Source: Propionibacterium freudenreichii subsp. freudenreichii (lineage in GTDB: Bacteria; Actinomycetota; Actinomycetes; Propionibacteriales; Propionibacteriaceae). Taken from it: DNA of 32,000 nucleotides. The position numbers and the translations under genes are program-made. The stretch spans positions 1,680,001 to 1,712,000 of the forward strand of contig NZ_CP010341.1 of assembly GCF_000940845.1 (NCBI RefSeq). Direction: 5' to 3'. The notes below the pieces were generated by a model. It did not search any database. It was not told where the DNA came from and saw nothing but the letters and a program-made list of their open reading frames with translations. Positions within the stretch are counted from its first letter, which is position 1, and every line of letters begins with the position of its first letter. Shown here one piece after another: positions 16,386 through 23,896 of the stretch.

Positions 16386-17223
16386 CGCGAACATCCTTGT
16401 CATCACCGGGGCCCGATTCGGTTCCCCGGGGCGAAGGCGCCGGGGAACCCGCCTCATCGTGCCCTGCCAGGCCCAGCTCGGCGTCGGTGGGTGGCACCGG
16501 CAATCCGGCGGTCGGGCTGTCCTTGCGGAAGCGCGTCAGGTCGGCGTCGCGCAGGTTGCCATATTTCACGCGGAAGCCGTAGACATCGACATAGGGCTGG
16601 CCGGACAGCTGCTGCACATGGGCCAGCACGTCGTTGGTGATCCAGCGCAACACCCTGACGTCGTCGCGCTGGTGGCGCCACGGCGAATAGTCCAGTGGCC
16701 TACCGATGATCATGCGTCCGTCATGCATCGTGGGCAGGCCCAGGCGGTTGCGCCTCACGGTCGTGTTCACCATGGCGACCGGGATCACCGGCACCTGCAT
16801 GTCGAGTGCCATCCGGGCAACCCCGGTATGCCCCTTGTAGAGGGATCCATCGGGCGAGCGGGTGCCCTCGGGGAAGATGCCGGCCAGTCCGCCGTCGGTG
16901 AGCACCTGATCGATCGGGCCAAGGCCACTGGCGCTTGCCCGGCCACCCGAACGGTCCAACGGCACCATGCCCACTGCGGTGAGGAACCAGGCGACGATGC
17001 GTCCCCACAGTGTCCGCCCCTCGAAGAGCTCCTTCTTGGCGGGAAAGGTGAGCCGACGCCTCATGAGCGCGGGCAGCGCCAGGGTGTCGGCGATGTCCAG
17101 GTGGTTGCTGGCGAGCACGGCACCGCCCTGTCGGGGGATGTTCTGCTCACCCTGGAGCGTCGGGTGGAGCAAGAGCTTCACCCCCGGCCTGAACAAAAGG
17201 TATTTGAACAGGGTGTACCACAC
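16378..17223 (-). CDS. plsC: 1-acyl-sn-glycerol-3-phosphate acyltransferase (PlsC family)
   Basis: SNHLDIAD (HX4D) and GIFPEGTRSPDG motifs. GTG start at 17223 preceded by AAGGAGG. Confidence 0.85.
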   Translation of the reverse strand: MWYTLFKYLLFRPGVKLLLHPTLQGEQNIPRQGGAVLASNHLDIADTLALPALMRRRLTFPAKKELFEGRTLWGRIVAWFLTAVGMVPLDRSGGRASASGLGPIDQVLTDGGLAGIFPEGTRSPDGSLYKGHTGVARMALDMQVPVIPVAMVNTTVRRNRLGLPTMHDGRMIIGRPLDYSPWRHQRDDVRVLRWITNDVLAHVQQLSGQPYVDVYGFRVKYGNLRDADLTRFRKDSPTAGLPVPPTDAELGLAGHDEAGSPAPSPRGTESGPGDDKDVRDE

Positions 17224-17339
17224 GGCCGCCTCCTTGACCCTGTAACCCTATTGGCCACCGAAGTGGACGGTAAAACCACCACGCTGGCGGTTTCGCCAGA
17301 TGGAACCCGACCAGCCGGAACGGGGCCGGTACCCGCAGG

Positions 17340-18461
17340 TTACTTGCCGAAGATCGGGGCCGGGTCGACGGCGATGCCGTTCTCGATCACGTGGAAGTGC
17401 AGATGGCATCCGGTGGAGTTCCCGGTGGAACCCACGCGCGCGATGACGTCGCCGACGTTGACCTGCTGTCCGGGCGACACCGAGAACCCCAGCAGGTGGT
17501 TGTAGGCGGTCGCAAGGCCGTTGCCGTGGTCGATCACGACGCGGTTGCCCCAGCCGCCGACCATTCCGGCGGCCAGCACCGTGCCGCCCCACGCGGCCTG
17601 CACCGGTTCGCCGCACGCCGCGGCGATGTCGTCCCCGTCGTGGAATTCGGCATATCCGCCGATGGGATTGACCCGCGAGCTGAAGCTCGACACGAGTTCG
17701 CCGGAGGCCGGCCAGACCTTCTGCTTGGCGATGGCGGTGCGGATGCCTGCCAGGTCACTGCGGCTGGCGTCGCGCGAGGCCCCGTTCGACACCGATGTGC
17801 CCACCTGCACCTTCGTGGCCTGGGCCGCGATCACCTGCTTCTGCTGCTCGGTGGTCAACCCGTCAAGCACCTTCTGGGCCTGTGCGGTCTGGTCCTGTGC
17901 CTTCGCAAGCAGCGCCGCCTGCTGGTCGGTCTGCTTCCTCACCTCGTCGACGGAGGCCACAGCTTCCTCACGCAGTGACTCGAGCAGCGACTTCTCGGCG
18001 TTGTAGCGGGCCATCTTCTCGGCGGTCAGGGTGTTGATCGACTGCACGGTGGACAGCTCGGAGAGCAGGTCATGGGTGTCGTCGCTGGTCAGCAGCCGTG
18101 TGGTCTGCGGAACCGATGCCCCCTGGTAGTTGCTCAGGGCGATCTGGGCGGCATCGCCCCGCAGGGCGTCCAGCTTGGCCTGTTCCTCGGCGATCTGGGT
18201 GGTCGCCTGGTCGTAGGCGTCCTGGGCTGCCTGCTGCTTCTTCACCGACGTCTGGTAGTCGGCCTCGACCTGTTGGCTGTCGTACTTGATCTGATCGAGC
18301 TTTGCCTGTGCCGCATCGACGGTGGAGTTGCTGACCGCGGCATCAGTGCCCTCAGCCATCACCGCAACCTGACCCGACACATTTGCCGTGCCGAAAACCG
18401 CCAATGCGGTGAGACAGACCAGACCAAGCCGGACGACGCCGTGACGTGCCCTCATCGCCAT
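17340..18461 (-). CDS. Secreted M23-family peptidoglycan metalloendopeptidase with an N-terminal coiled-coil
   Basis: Signal-like N-terminus MAMRARHGVVRLGLVCLTALAVFGTA. A long Gln/Ala/Glu-rich coiled region follows. The C-terminal M23 motifs are HDGDDIAA and GSTGNSTGCHLHFHV. Confidence 0.85.
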   Translation of the reverse strand: MAMRARHGVVRLGLVCLTALAVFGTANVSGQVAVMAEGTDAAVSNSTVDAAQAKLDQIKYDSQQVEADYQTSVKKQQAAQDAYDQATTQIAEEQAKLDALRGDAAQIALSNYQGASVPQTTRLLTSDDTHDLLSELSTVQSINTLTAEKMARYNAEKSLLESLREEAVASVDEVRKQTDQQAALLAKAQDQTAQAQKVLDGLTTEQQKQVIAAQATKVQVGTSVSNGASRDASRSDLAGIRTAIAKQKVWPASGELVSSFSSRVNPIGGYAEFHDGDDIAAACGEPVQAAWGGTVLAAGMVGGWGNRVVIDHGNGLATAYNHLLGFSVSPGQQVNVGDVIARVGSTGNSTGCHLHFHVIENGIAVDPAPIFGK

Positions 18462-18528
18462 TCGATTTCCTCGCTGTGATCACTCACGAAATACCCCGAC
18501 GGGGCCGATTCGCCACGGAAGACAGCGC

Positions 18529-18555
18529 GAATCTAAGGAAATCTTAGAGAAATCT
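18529..18555. promoter_or_regulatory. AT-rich island with the palindrome TCTAAG-N5-CTTAGA and GAAATCT direct repeats; candidate promoter/operator for the M23 peptidase gene
   Basis: The sequence is GAATCTAAGGAAATCTTAGAGAAATCT. On the minus strand it contains TAAGAT and TAGATT (TANNNT) hexamers about 70 nt upstream of the M23 ATG. GAAATCT occurs at 18538 and 18549, an 11-bp spacing. Confidence 0.3.
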
Positions 18556-18708
18556 CATGAAAGTAGCAATGCCGGAGACCACCTGTGGACGACCGCTCGG
18601 GACCCGATGTGGCGCACAGATGGCCACAGCCCGACATTTCCGCTGGTCAGCCGGCACATGCGGCCGGCGACACCGGATGCCGTTCGGCCCCTGCCGAGCC
18701 CGCAGCAT

Positions 18709-18714
18709 TAGGAT
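18709..18714 (+). promoter_or_regulatory. Candidate -10 hexamer (TAGGAT) for a leaderless RAM-domain gene
   Basis: TAGGAT-gcgaac-ATG places the hexamer 6 nt before the ATG at 18721. There is no RBS. Confidence 0.35.
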
Positions 18715-18720
18715 GCGAAC

Positions 18721-18990
18721 ATGATCACCGCGATTGTCTTCGTCCATGCCGACAACGACCGCATCTCCGAGGTCGCCGAGCAGATCGCCGGCCTGGAGCA
18801 CGTCACCGAGGTCTACTCGGTGACCGGCGACATCGACCTTGTCGTCATGGTGCGGGTGGCCGGTTACGAGGAGATCGCGCCGGCCATCACCGATCAGCTG
18901 AAGAAGGTGCCCGGGGTGATCGACACCGACACCCACCTGGCCTTCCGCGCCTACAGTGAGCACGACCTCGAGGCCGCCTTCTCGCTGTAG
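18721..18990 (+). CDS. Stand-alone Lrp/AsnC ligand-binding (RAM) domain protein, no HTH
   Basis: 89 aa. MITAIVFVHADNDRISEVAEQIAGLEHVTEVYSVTGDIDLVVMVRV... is the AsnC-type beta-alpha-beta-beta-alpha-beta module. No DNA-binding domain is encoded. Confidence 0.8.
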   Translation: MITAIVFVHADNDRISEVAEQIAGLEHVTEVYSVTGDIDLVVMVRVAGYEEIAPAITDQLKKVPGVIDTDTHLAFRAYSEHDLEAAFSL

Positions 18991-19028
18991 CCGGCCGGCG
19001 CAGGAGCGGGTCACCGTCCCGGGGACAG

Positions 19029-19062
19029 GAATCGCCGTGGACCATATGGTCCACGGCGATTC
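19029..19062. terminator. Perfect 34-bp palindrome (15-bp stem, ATAT centre); probable bidirectional terminator
   Basis: GAATCGCCGTGGACC-ATAT-GGTCCACGGCGATTC lies between the convergent RAM-domain gene (stop 18990) and the cyclophilin gene (stop 19164). Confidence 0.55.
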
Positions 19063-19163
19063 AGATGGCCCTCGGGCCCGTGGGAAGCCGCACCATTGCC
19101 GGCGCGCTCCCCACGGGTCGCCCCCGGTTGCAGGGGGCAATCCCGATCAGAGGGCGACCCCGG

Positions 19164-19676
19164 TCACTGGGCGATCTCGACCGAATTGATCACCACGTCG
19201 TCCACCGGACGATCCCCGCGCGCGGTGGGAACCTTGGCGATCTCGTCCACGACCTTCTTCGAGGCGTCATCGGCGACCTCACCGAAGATGCTGTGGCGCA
19301 TGTTCAGGTGCGGCGTGGGGGCCACGGTGATGAAGAACTGTGAGCCGTTGGTGTTCGGGCCCGCATTGGCCATGGCCAGCAGATAGGGCTTGGCGAAGGT
19401 CAGGTCGGGGTAGAACTCGTCGGCGAACTCATAGCCGGGACCACCACGGCCGGTGCCGGTGCGGTCGCCGCCCTGGATCATGAAGCCATCAATGATGCGG
19501 TGGAAGATCGTGCCGTCGTAGTACGGCTCGGTCTTGCGCTGGTTGTCGGTCATGTCGAGGAATTCCCTGGTGCCGTTGGCCAGCTCCACGAAGTTCTTCA
19601 CCGTGTTCGGCGCGAAGTCATCGAACAGGTTGATCGTGATGTCGCCGTGATTGGTGTGCAGGATGGCTTGCGTCAT
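19164..19676 (-). CDS. Peptidyl-prolyl cis-trans isomerase (cyclophilin type)
   Basis: 170 aa from the ATG at 19676 (GGAAAGGGG RBS). Cyclophilin signatures: FHRIIDGFMIQGGD, GPNTNGSQFFIT and HSIFGEV. Confidence 0.9.
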   Translation of the reverse strand: MTQAILHTNHGDITINLFDDFAPNTVKNFVELANGTREFLDMTDNQRKTEPYYDGTIFHRIIDGFMIQGGDRTGTGRGGPGYEFADEFYPDLTFAKPYLLAMANAGPNTNGSQFFITVAPTPHLNMRHSIFGEVADDASKKVVDEIAKVPTARGDRPVDDVVINSVEIAQ

Positions 19677-19951
19677 GGGCAGGCCCCTTTCCGCTGTCGG
19701 ATGTGATGCCCCCATCATTCCAGCATCGCGAAACCGACCCCGGCATCCGACCTGCACTGCACGGGCATCCGACGGTCCCGCGCCGGTACCGGGCTGGCAC
19801 TGCCGGTGGACGACATCGCTCGCTGGGCACACGCTGTGGTGTGCCCGTGAACCGGCCCTGACCGGCAGATGTGGCTCACGGTCGTCGATCACCCTGAGCC
19901 ACTACCCGACCCCCTTCGCCGGGTGACCCCACATGGGTAGCGTGGAAGACG

Positions 19952-19981
19952 GCTCGATCACGAGCAGCTCGATTACGAGCA
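19952..19981 (+). repeat. Tandem 15-bp repeat, each unit a small palindrome (GCTCG-N4-CGAGC)
   Basis: GCTCGATCACGAGCA followed by GCTCGATTACGAGCA. The junction CGAGCAGCTCG is itself palindromic. The repeat lies 22-51 nt upstream of the GTG at 20003. Confidence 0.5.
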
Positions 19982-20002
19982 CAACCAGTATCGGAGGACA
20001 CT

Positions 20003-21019
20003 GTGAAAAAAGAGGACCTCAAGCAGTCCGCCACTGCCGCCGGCGAGAACGCCCGCGATGCGGTGAACGATTCCGTCGCCACCGCGCGTGGCGTCGTGGG
20101 AAGGATCACATCATTCCTGAGCCCCAGGGTGGCTGACGCACGCGAACGCGTCGAACCCCTGGTGGCTGACGCGGTGGACCGGGTGGCACCCCATGTGGCC
20201 GAGGCCGCCGAGAAGGTGGCCCCCTATTACGAGAAGACACGGGACGCCGTCACCGAGGGCTACGACAAGAACGTCAAGCCCCGGGTCAGGGAATTCGTCG
20301 ATAGGGCAAGCGAGAACGAGCACGTCGCGAAGGCTGCTCGCAAGGGAAGCGATGTCGTGGAGAATCTGAAGTCAAGGGCCGATGCATCCGTCGTCCAGGT
20401 GGCACCCAAGAAGAAGCACCACCGGGTCCTGAAGGGCCTGGGGATTGCCGCATTGCTCGGTGGGGCCGTGGTGGCGGTGCGCCAGCTGTTGCTTCCCAAG
20501 GACGATGGCTGGACCCCGCAGGAACCCAGCACTGCCTACACCGACAACGACGCCAGCTACGACTACGCCGGCGAGGCCCGTCGGGACCGTCCCAAGGAGG
20601 ACTCGGCTGACACCGAACCCGGTGGCGCCGTGAAGTTCACCGAGCCGGACACGGCCACCGAGCACCTGGAGCCCGCCGATGTCACGGTGAGCACCGAGGC
20701 CTCAGATCTGCCGCAGGGTGCCGCCGGGGCCCGCAAGGCCGCACCGGCGCAGCCCGATGTCGCCAAGCAGGAGACCGGCGATGCCGAGCCGACCGAGCTC
20801 GATGAGGCCAACGACTCCCACGAGACCGGTGACGCCGCGAAGGGCGGGGCCGGCTACCGTGGCGCGAATCCGCCCGAGGGATACACGATCAAGGGCAATG
20901 AGCGCTCCATGAAGTTCCACGTTCCCGGTGGTGCGGGCTATTCACGCACCAACGCCGACGTGTGGTTCAAGACCATCGAAGAGGCCGAAGCCGCAGGCTT
21001 CACCAAGGCCTCCCGCTGA
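20003..21019 (+). CDS. Single-pass membrane protein with N-terminal 11-residue amphipathic repeats, an acidic disordered region and a conserved C-terminal module
   Basis: GTG start with GGAGGA upstream. 11-mer repeats [33 protein letters not shown]... TM segment [23 protein letters not shown]. The C-terminus is [44 protein letters not shown]. Confidence 0.75.
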   Translation: MKKEDLKQSATAAGENARDAVNDSVATARGVVGRITSFLSPRVADARERVEPLVADAVDRVAPHVAEAAEKVAPYYEKTRDAVTEGYDKNVKPRVREFVDRASENEHVAKAARKGSDVVENLKSRADASVVQVAPKKKHHRVLKGLGIAALLGGAVVAVRQLLLPKDDGWTPQEPSTAYTDNDASYDYAGEARRDRPKEDSADTEPGGAVKFTEPDTATEHLEPADVTVSTEASDLPQGAAGARKAAPAQPDVAKQETGDAEPTELDEANDSHETGDAAKGGAGYRGANPPEGYTIKGNERSMKFHVPGGAGYSRTNADVWFKTIEEAEAAGFTKASR

Positions 21020-21083
21020 TCCAGCGGCGAATGAGGTCCGGTTTCCCCCGATCCCTGACCGCATTCGCCGCGTCAAGGTGACC

Positions 21084-21117
21084 GACGGCCGACATTCCAG
21101 CTGGGATGTCGGCCGTC
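21084..21117 (+). terminator. Hairpin (12-bp stem, 10-nt loop) downstream of the 20003..21019 gene
   Basis: GACGGCCGACAT-tccagctggg-ATGTCGGCCGTC lies 65 nt after the stop. There is no clear U-tract. Confidence 0.4.
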
Positions 21118-21208
21118 GTCATGTTCACGCTCCGGCCACACCCGGGCCGGTGGTTGCAGGGCGGCACGCGATGATCGCTGCACCCCCGACAAGTTAGGGT
21201 CATGAGGC

Positions 21209-22306
21209 ATGGAACCGTTCACCATCGACGCCCCGGGTCTGGTCCTGTCGACGCCCACCGCCCAGGACATCGACAAGGTCTTCCTGTTCTGCCAGGACCC
21301 CCAGATCCAGCGCTGGACGACGGTTCCCAGCCCCTACACCTATGCCGATGCCGAAACCTTCTGCACCAGGGCGCCGGCTGACTGGCGGCTGGGCTTCGAC
21401 CTGAAGTGGGGCATCCGTGACCCGCGGGGCACCCTCATGGGCATGCTCACCCTGTTCAGCCGTGGCGGCGGCAACTGGGAGATCGGCTACTGGATGGGCA
21501 GGCCCTATCGGGCGCGCGGGTTGATGTCGCGGGCGGTGAACGCCGCGCTTGACGCCGCCTTCGACCCGCTGGGCCCCATCGGCGCCCAACGCATCGTGTG
21601 GCGCTGCGACTTCAACGGCGATGTGCCCAACTGGGCCAGTTGGCGGGTGGCCTGGCACGTCGGATTCCACAAGCAGGGGCGCACCCGTTCCAGCCAGCCG
21701 AACAATGGCGTGCGCCACGACAACTGGCTGGCTGACCTGTTGCCCTACGACCCGCGCAGTCCGGCCCTGCCATGGGACGGTCCGATCGCGCACGGGGACA
21801 CCGCCGCCTACGAGCAGGCCGCGGTCCCCACCGATTCCGTCGCAATCCGCGAGGGTGACTCCCCCGAGGGCCTCGTCGCCCGCTTCCACCGCCTCTACGG
21901 TCGCCCAATCGCCGACGACGGCCCCAACCTGCGGCGTGACAGCCTACCCCTGCGCATGAGCCTGATCGCCGAGGAATTCGGCGAGCTATTCGAAGCCGTC
22001 TACGGCACGACCGCACGACGCATCGTGGACGAGGCGAACGCCACCGCCATGGACAACGACGAGGAACATCGCGATGTGGTCGCCACGGCCGATGCCCTGG
22101 CCGACCTGGTCTATGTGATCTATGGGATGGCCTTGGAGATGGGCATCGACCTGCCAGCCGTGCTGGCCGAGGTGCAGCGCTCGAACATGTCCAAGATGGG
22201 CGCCGACCACCACCCGGTCCTGCGTGCCGACGGGAAGGTGCTCAAGGGGCCCGACTATTTCCCACCGGACATCGCCGCCGTCCTGGCGCGGTCCATGAAA
22301 TCCTGA
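21209..22306 (+). CDS. Fusion protein: N-terminal GNAT (RimJ/RimL-like) acetyltransferase plus C-terminal MazG-like all-alpha NTP pyrophosphohydrolase domain
   Basis: GNAT block WEIGYWMGRPYRARGLMSRAVNAALDAAF...NWASWRVAWHVGFHKQG. C-terminal block LIAEEFGELFEAV...ADALADLVYVIYGMALEMGIDLPAVLAEVQRSNMSKMG...DGKVLKGPDYFPPDI. Confidence 0.75.
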   Translation: MEPFTIDAPGLVLSTPTAQDIDKVFLFCQDPQIQRWTTVPSPYTYADAETFCTRAPADWRLGFDLKWGIRDPRGTLMGMLTLFSRGGGNWEIGYWMGRPYRARGLMSRAVNAALDAAFDPLGPIGAQRIVWRCDFNGDVPNWASWRVAWHVGFHKQGRTRSSQPNNGVRHDNWLADLLPYDPRSPALPWDGPIAHGDTAAYEQAAVPTDSVAIREGDSPEGLVARFHRLYGRPIADDGPNLRRDSLPLRMSLIAEEFGELFEAVYGTTARRIVDEANATAMDNDEEHRDVVATADALADLVYVIYGMALEMGIDLPAVLAEVQRSNMSKMGADHHPVLRADGKVLKGPDYFPPDIAAVLARSMKS

Positions 22307-22397
22307 GAATTTCCTAAGAAAACACGTCCAAGCCTCACAAATCGGTTGTCCCGAAGGGCAAGGAGGGTGAGAACCCCCACAAGTCAGGAGAACGACC

Positions 22398-23048
22398 GTG
22401 ACCGATATCGCCAACCCCAAGCCGCCCCACCTGCATCTCGTGGGTTGCGGCGCCACTGCCCCGGTCGCGCCCGGCGACGCCCCGGCAGGCCTCGACTCCC
22501 CGGAGGCCAGCAGCGGTTGGGTGGACGCGGCACCCTTCCGGGCCATGGCCCATCGCCTCATGGCCGAGACCGGTTGGCACTGGCGCGTGCTGGCGCTGGC
22601 CACCGATGTGCCGGCAGGCACGATGCGTGCGCTGTTGGGCCTTGGCCGGGCGGCCCGCCACGAGCATCCCCGCATTCGTCGCAGTGATGCCCTGTCGTTG
22701 TGGGAGCGCGACGCCGGCTACCTGCTCGCCCGGGCGGCCCGCCCCGAACTGGCCCGCACCACCCGTATCTGCCTGCGCGTGCTGATCGCCCGTGGCCACA
22801 CGGTGCGCACGATCTCCACGATGACCGCCCTGCCGGTCCATCTGGTCATCGAGCTGGCGTCGGGACGCCGCCGGCACTGCACGGCGATGACCACCTGGCG
22901 TTGCCGCGCCGCCATGCAATCGCATGCCGAGAAGCTGCGCGCCGGTCAGGCGAGACGGCGCCGCGATGCGGCACAGCCCGCGCTCATGGCGTCGCCGGAA
23001 GGCCCGGACCGGGCATCCGTCGCACCGGCCCCGGCACGGGCCGCATGA
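22398..23048 (+). CDS. Hypothetical Arg-rich protein (possible DNA-binding)
   Basis: 216 aa. GTG start with AGGAGA upstream. Strong GC3 codon bias supports coding. I recognised no family motif. There are two HTH-like stretches (VLALATDVPAGTMRALLGLG and VRTISTMTALPVHLVIELASG). Confidence 0.55.
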   Translation: MTDIANPKPPHLHLVGCGATAPVAPGDAPAGLDSPEASSGWVDAAPFRAMAHRLMAETGWHWRVLALATDVPAGTMRALLGLGRAARHEHPRIRRSDALSLWERDAGYLLARAARPELARTTRICLRVLIARGHTVRTISTMTALPVHLVIELASGRRRHCTAMTTWRCRAAMQSHAEKLRAGQARRRRDAAQPALMASPEGPDRASVAPAPARAA

Positions 23049-23073
23049 GGATCAGGGCCCTAGGATCAGGGCC

Positions 23074-23757
23074 ATGGACCGGCTGACCAGCGCTGCATGG
23101 GCCGCCCTGCCGTGGCTGATCGCCGGTCTGGGGCTCGTGGTCGTCCATGCTGCCGTGCTCCTGCCCCGCCAGCCGGAACCCGCACCGGACGTGCCCGATG
23201 CGGACACCAAGCCGAGTTATGCGCAGTTGACCACCTGGCGGCTCATCGCCGCGTGCCTGGTGATCTGCCTGGCCTGCCAGCCGCTCCTCATGACAGCCCC
23301 GGGCGCACAGCGACCGGCCTGGCTGGTCTGGTCATCGGGTTTCGCCGTACTGGCGACCGTCGACGCGGTGTCAACGTGGATTCCGCGCGGCCTCACACGC
23401 CTGTGCCTGATCGAGTTGGCGGTGGGACTGGGGCTGGGCGCCCTCGTGTGGGGAGATGCGTCGGCCCTGCTCGGTGCTGCCCTGGGGGCCTGCGCGCTCG
23501 GAGCCATGTTCTGGGCCCTGTGGCGCTTCGGTGCCGGCATCGGCTTCGCCGATGTGCGCATGGCCGTGGGCGTCGGTGCCCTCACCGGATCCGTCTCGTG
23601 GGATTTCCTCATCATGGCGGTGTTCGCGGCCGCCATCATCGGGGCACTGTGGGGTGTCATCCATCGGCTGGTGGCCGGCCCGGGACGCGTCTTCGCCTAT
23701 GCCCCGGCCCTGTGGGCGGGGCCCTGGGTTGCGCAACTGGCGCAGCACCTCGCCTGA
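23074..23757 (+). CDS. A24-family prepilin peptidase-like membrane aspartic protease (TadV/CpaA-like)
   Basis: 227 aa and polytopic. Candidate catalytic Asp contexts are TVDAVSTWIPRGL and GAGIGFADVRMAVGVGALTG (the GxGxxDVK-like motif). The start is taken at the ATG at 23074. Confidence 0.65.
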   Translation: MDRLTSAAWAALPWLIAGLGLVVVHAAVLLPRQPEPAPDVPDADTKPSYAQLTTWRLIAACLVICLACQPLLMTAPGAQRPAWLVWSSGFAVLATVDAVSTWIPRGLTRLCLIELAVGLGLGALVWGDASALLGAALGACALGAMFWALWRFGAGIGFADVRMAVGVGALTGSVSWDFLIMAVFAAAIIGALWGVIHRLVAGPGRVFAYAPALWAGPWVAQLAQHLA

Positions 23758-23896
23758 CGCGCCATCGGCTGCCCGGATCTTCCCGGAACCACCAGCGGCT
23801 GCGAACGTCGGAATCTAAGCTGATCCAACCAATCAACAATGGGCGAAGCACCGTTGCGCCGCTCGGCGGCACAGCCCGGAGGCACGGGAGGTTCCC

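Noticed and set aside
17284-17299. The CTGGCG-N4-CGCCAG hairpin after the M23 gene as a terminator.
   Set aside because: It has only a 6-bp stem, and a weak GGUUUUA run starts 9 nt away. The evidence is too weak to list as a feature.
18462-18720. A cyclic-di-AMP (ydaO-type) riboswitch upstream of the M23 cell-wall hydrolase.
   Set aside because: I read the minus strand for the conserved ydaO blocks (GGGGACCC, GGGGUGAAUC, CCCGAA..CAGCU.ACCUCGUA) and none is present. Only generic hairpins are seen.
22924-23073. The 5' extension of the prepilin-peptidase ORF (277-aa version).
   Set aside because: The extension overlaps the preceding well-supported ORF in another frame and is Arg/Pro/His-rich. 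The hydrophobic peptidase body begins at the ATG at 23074.
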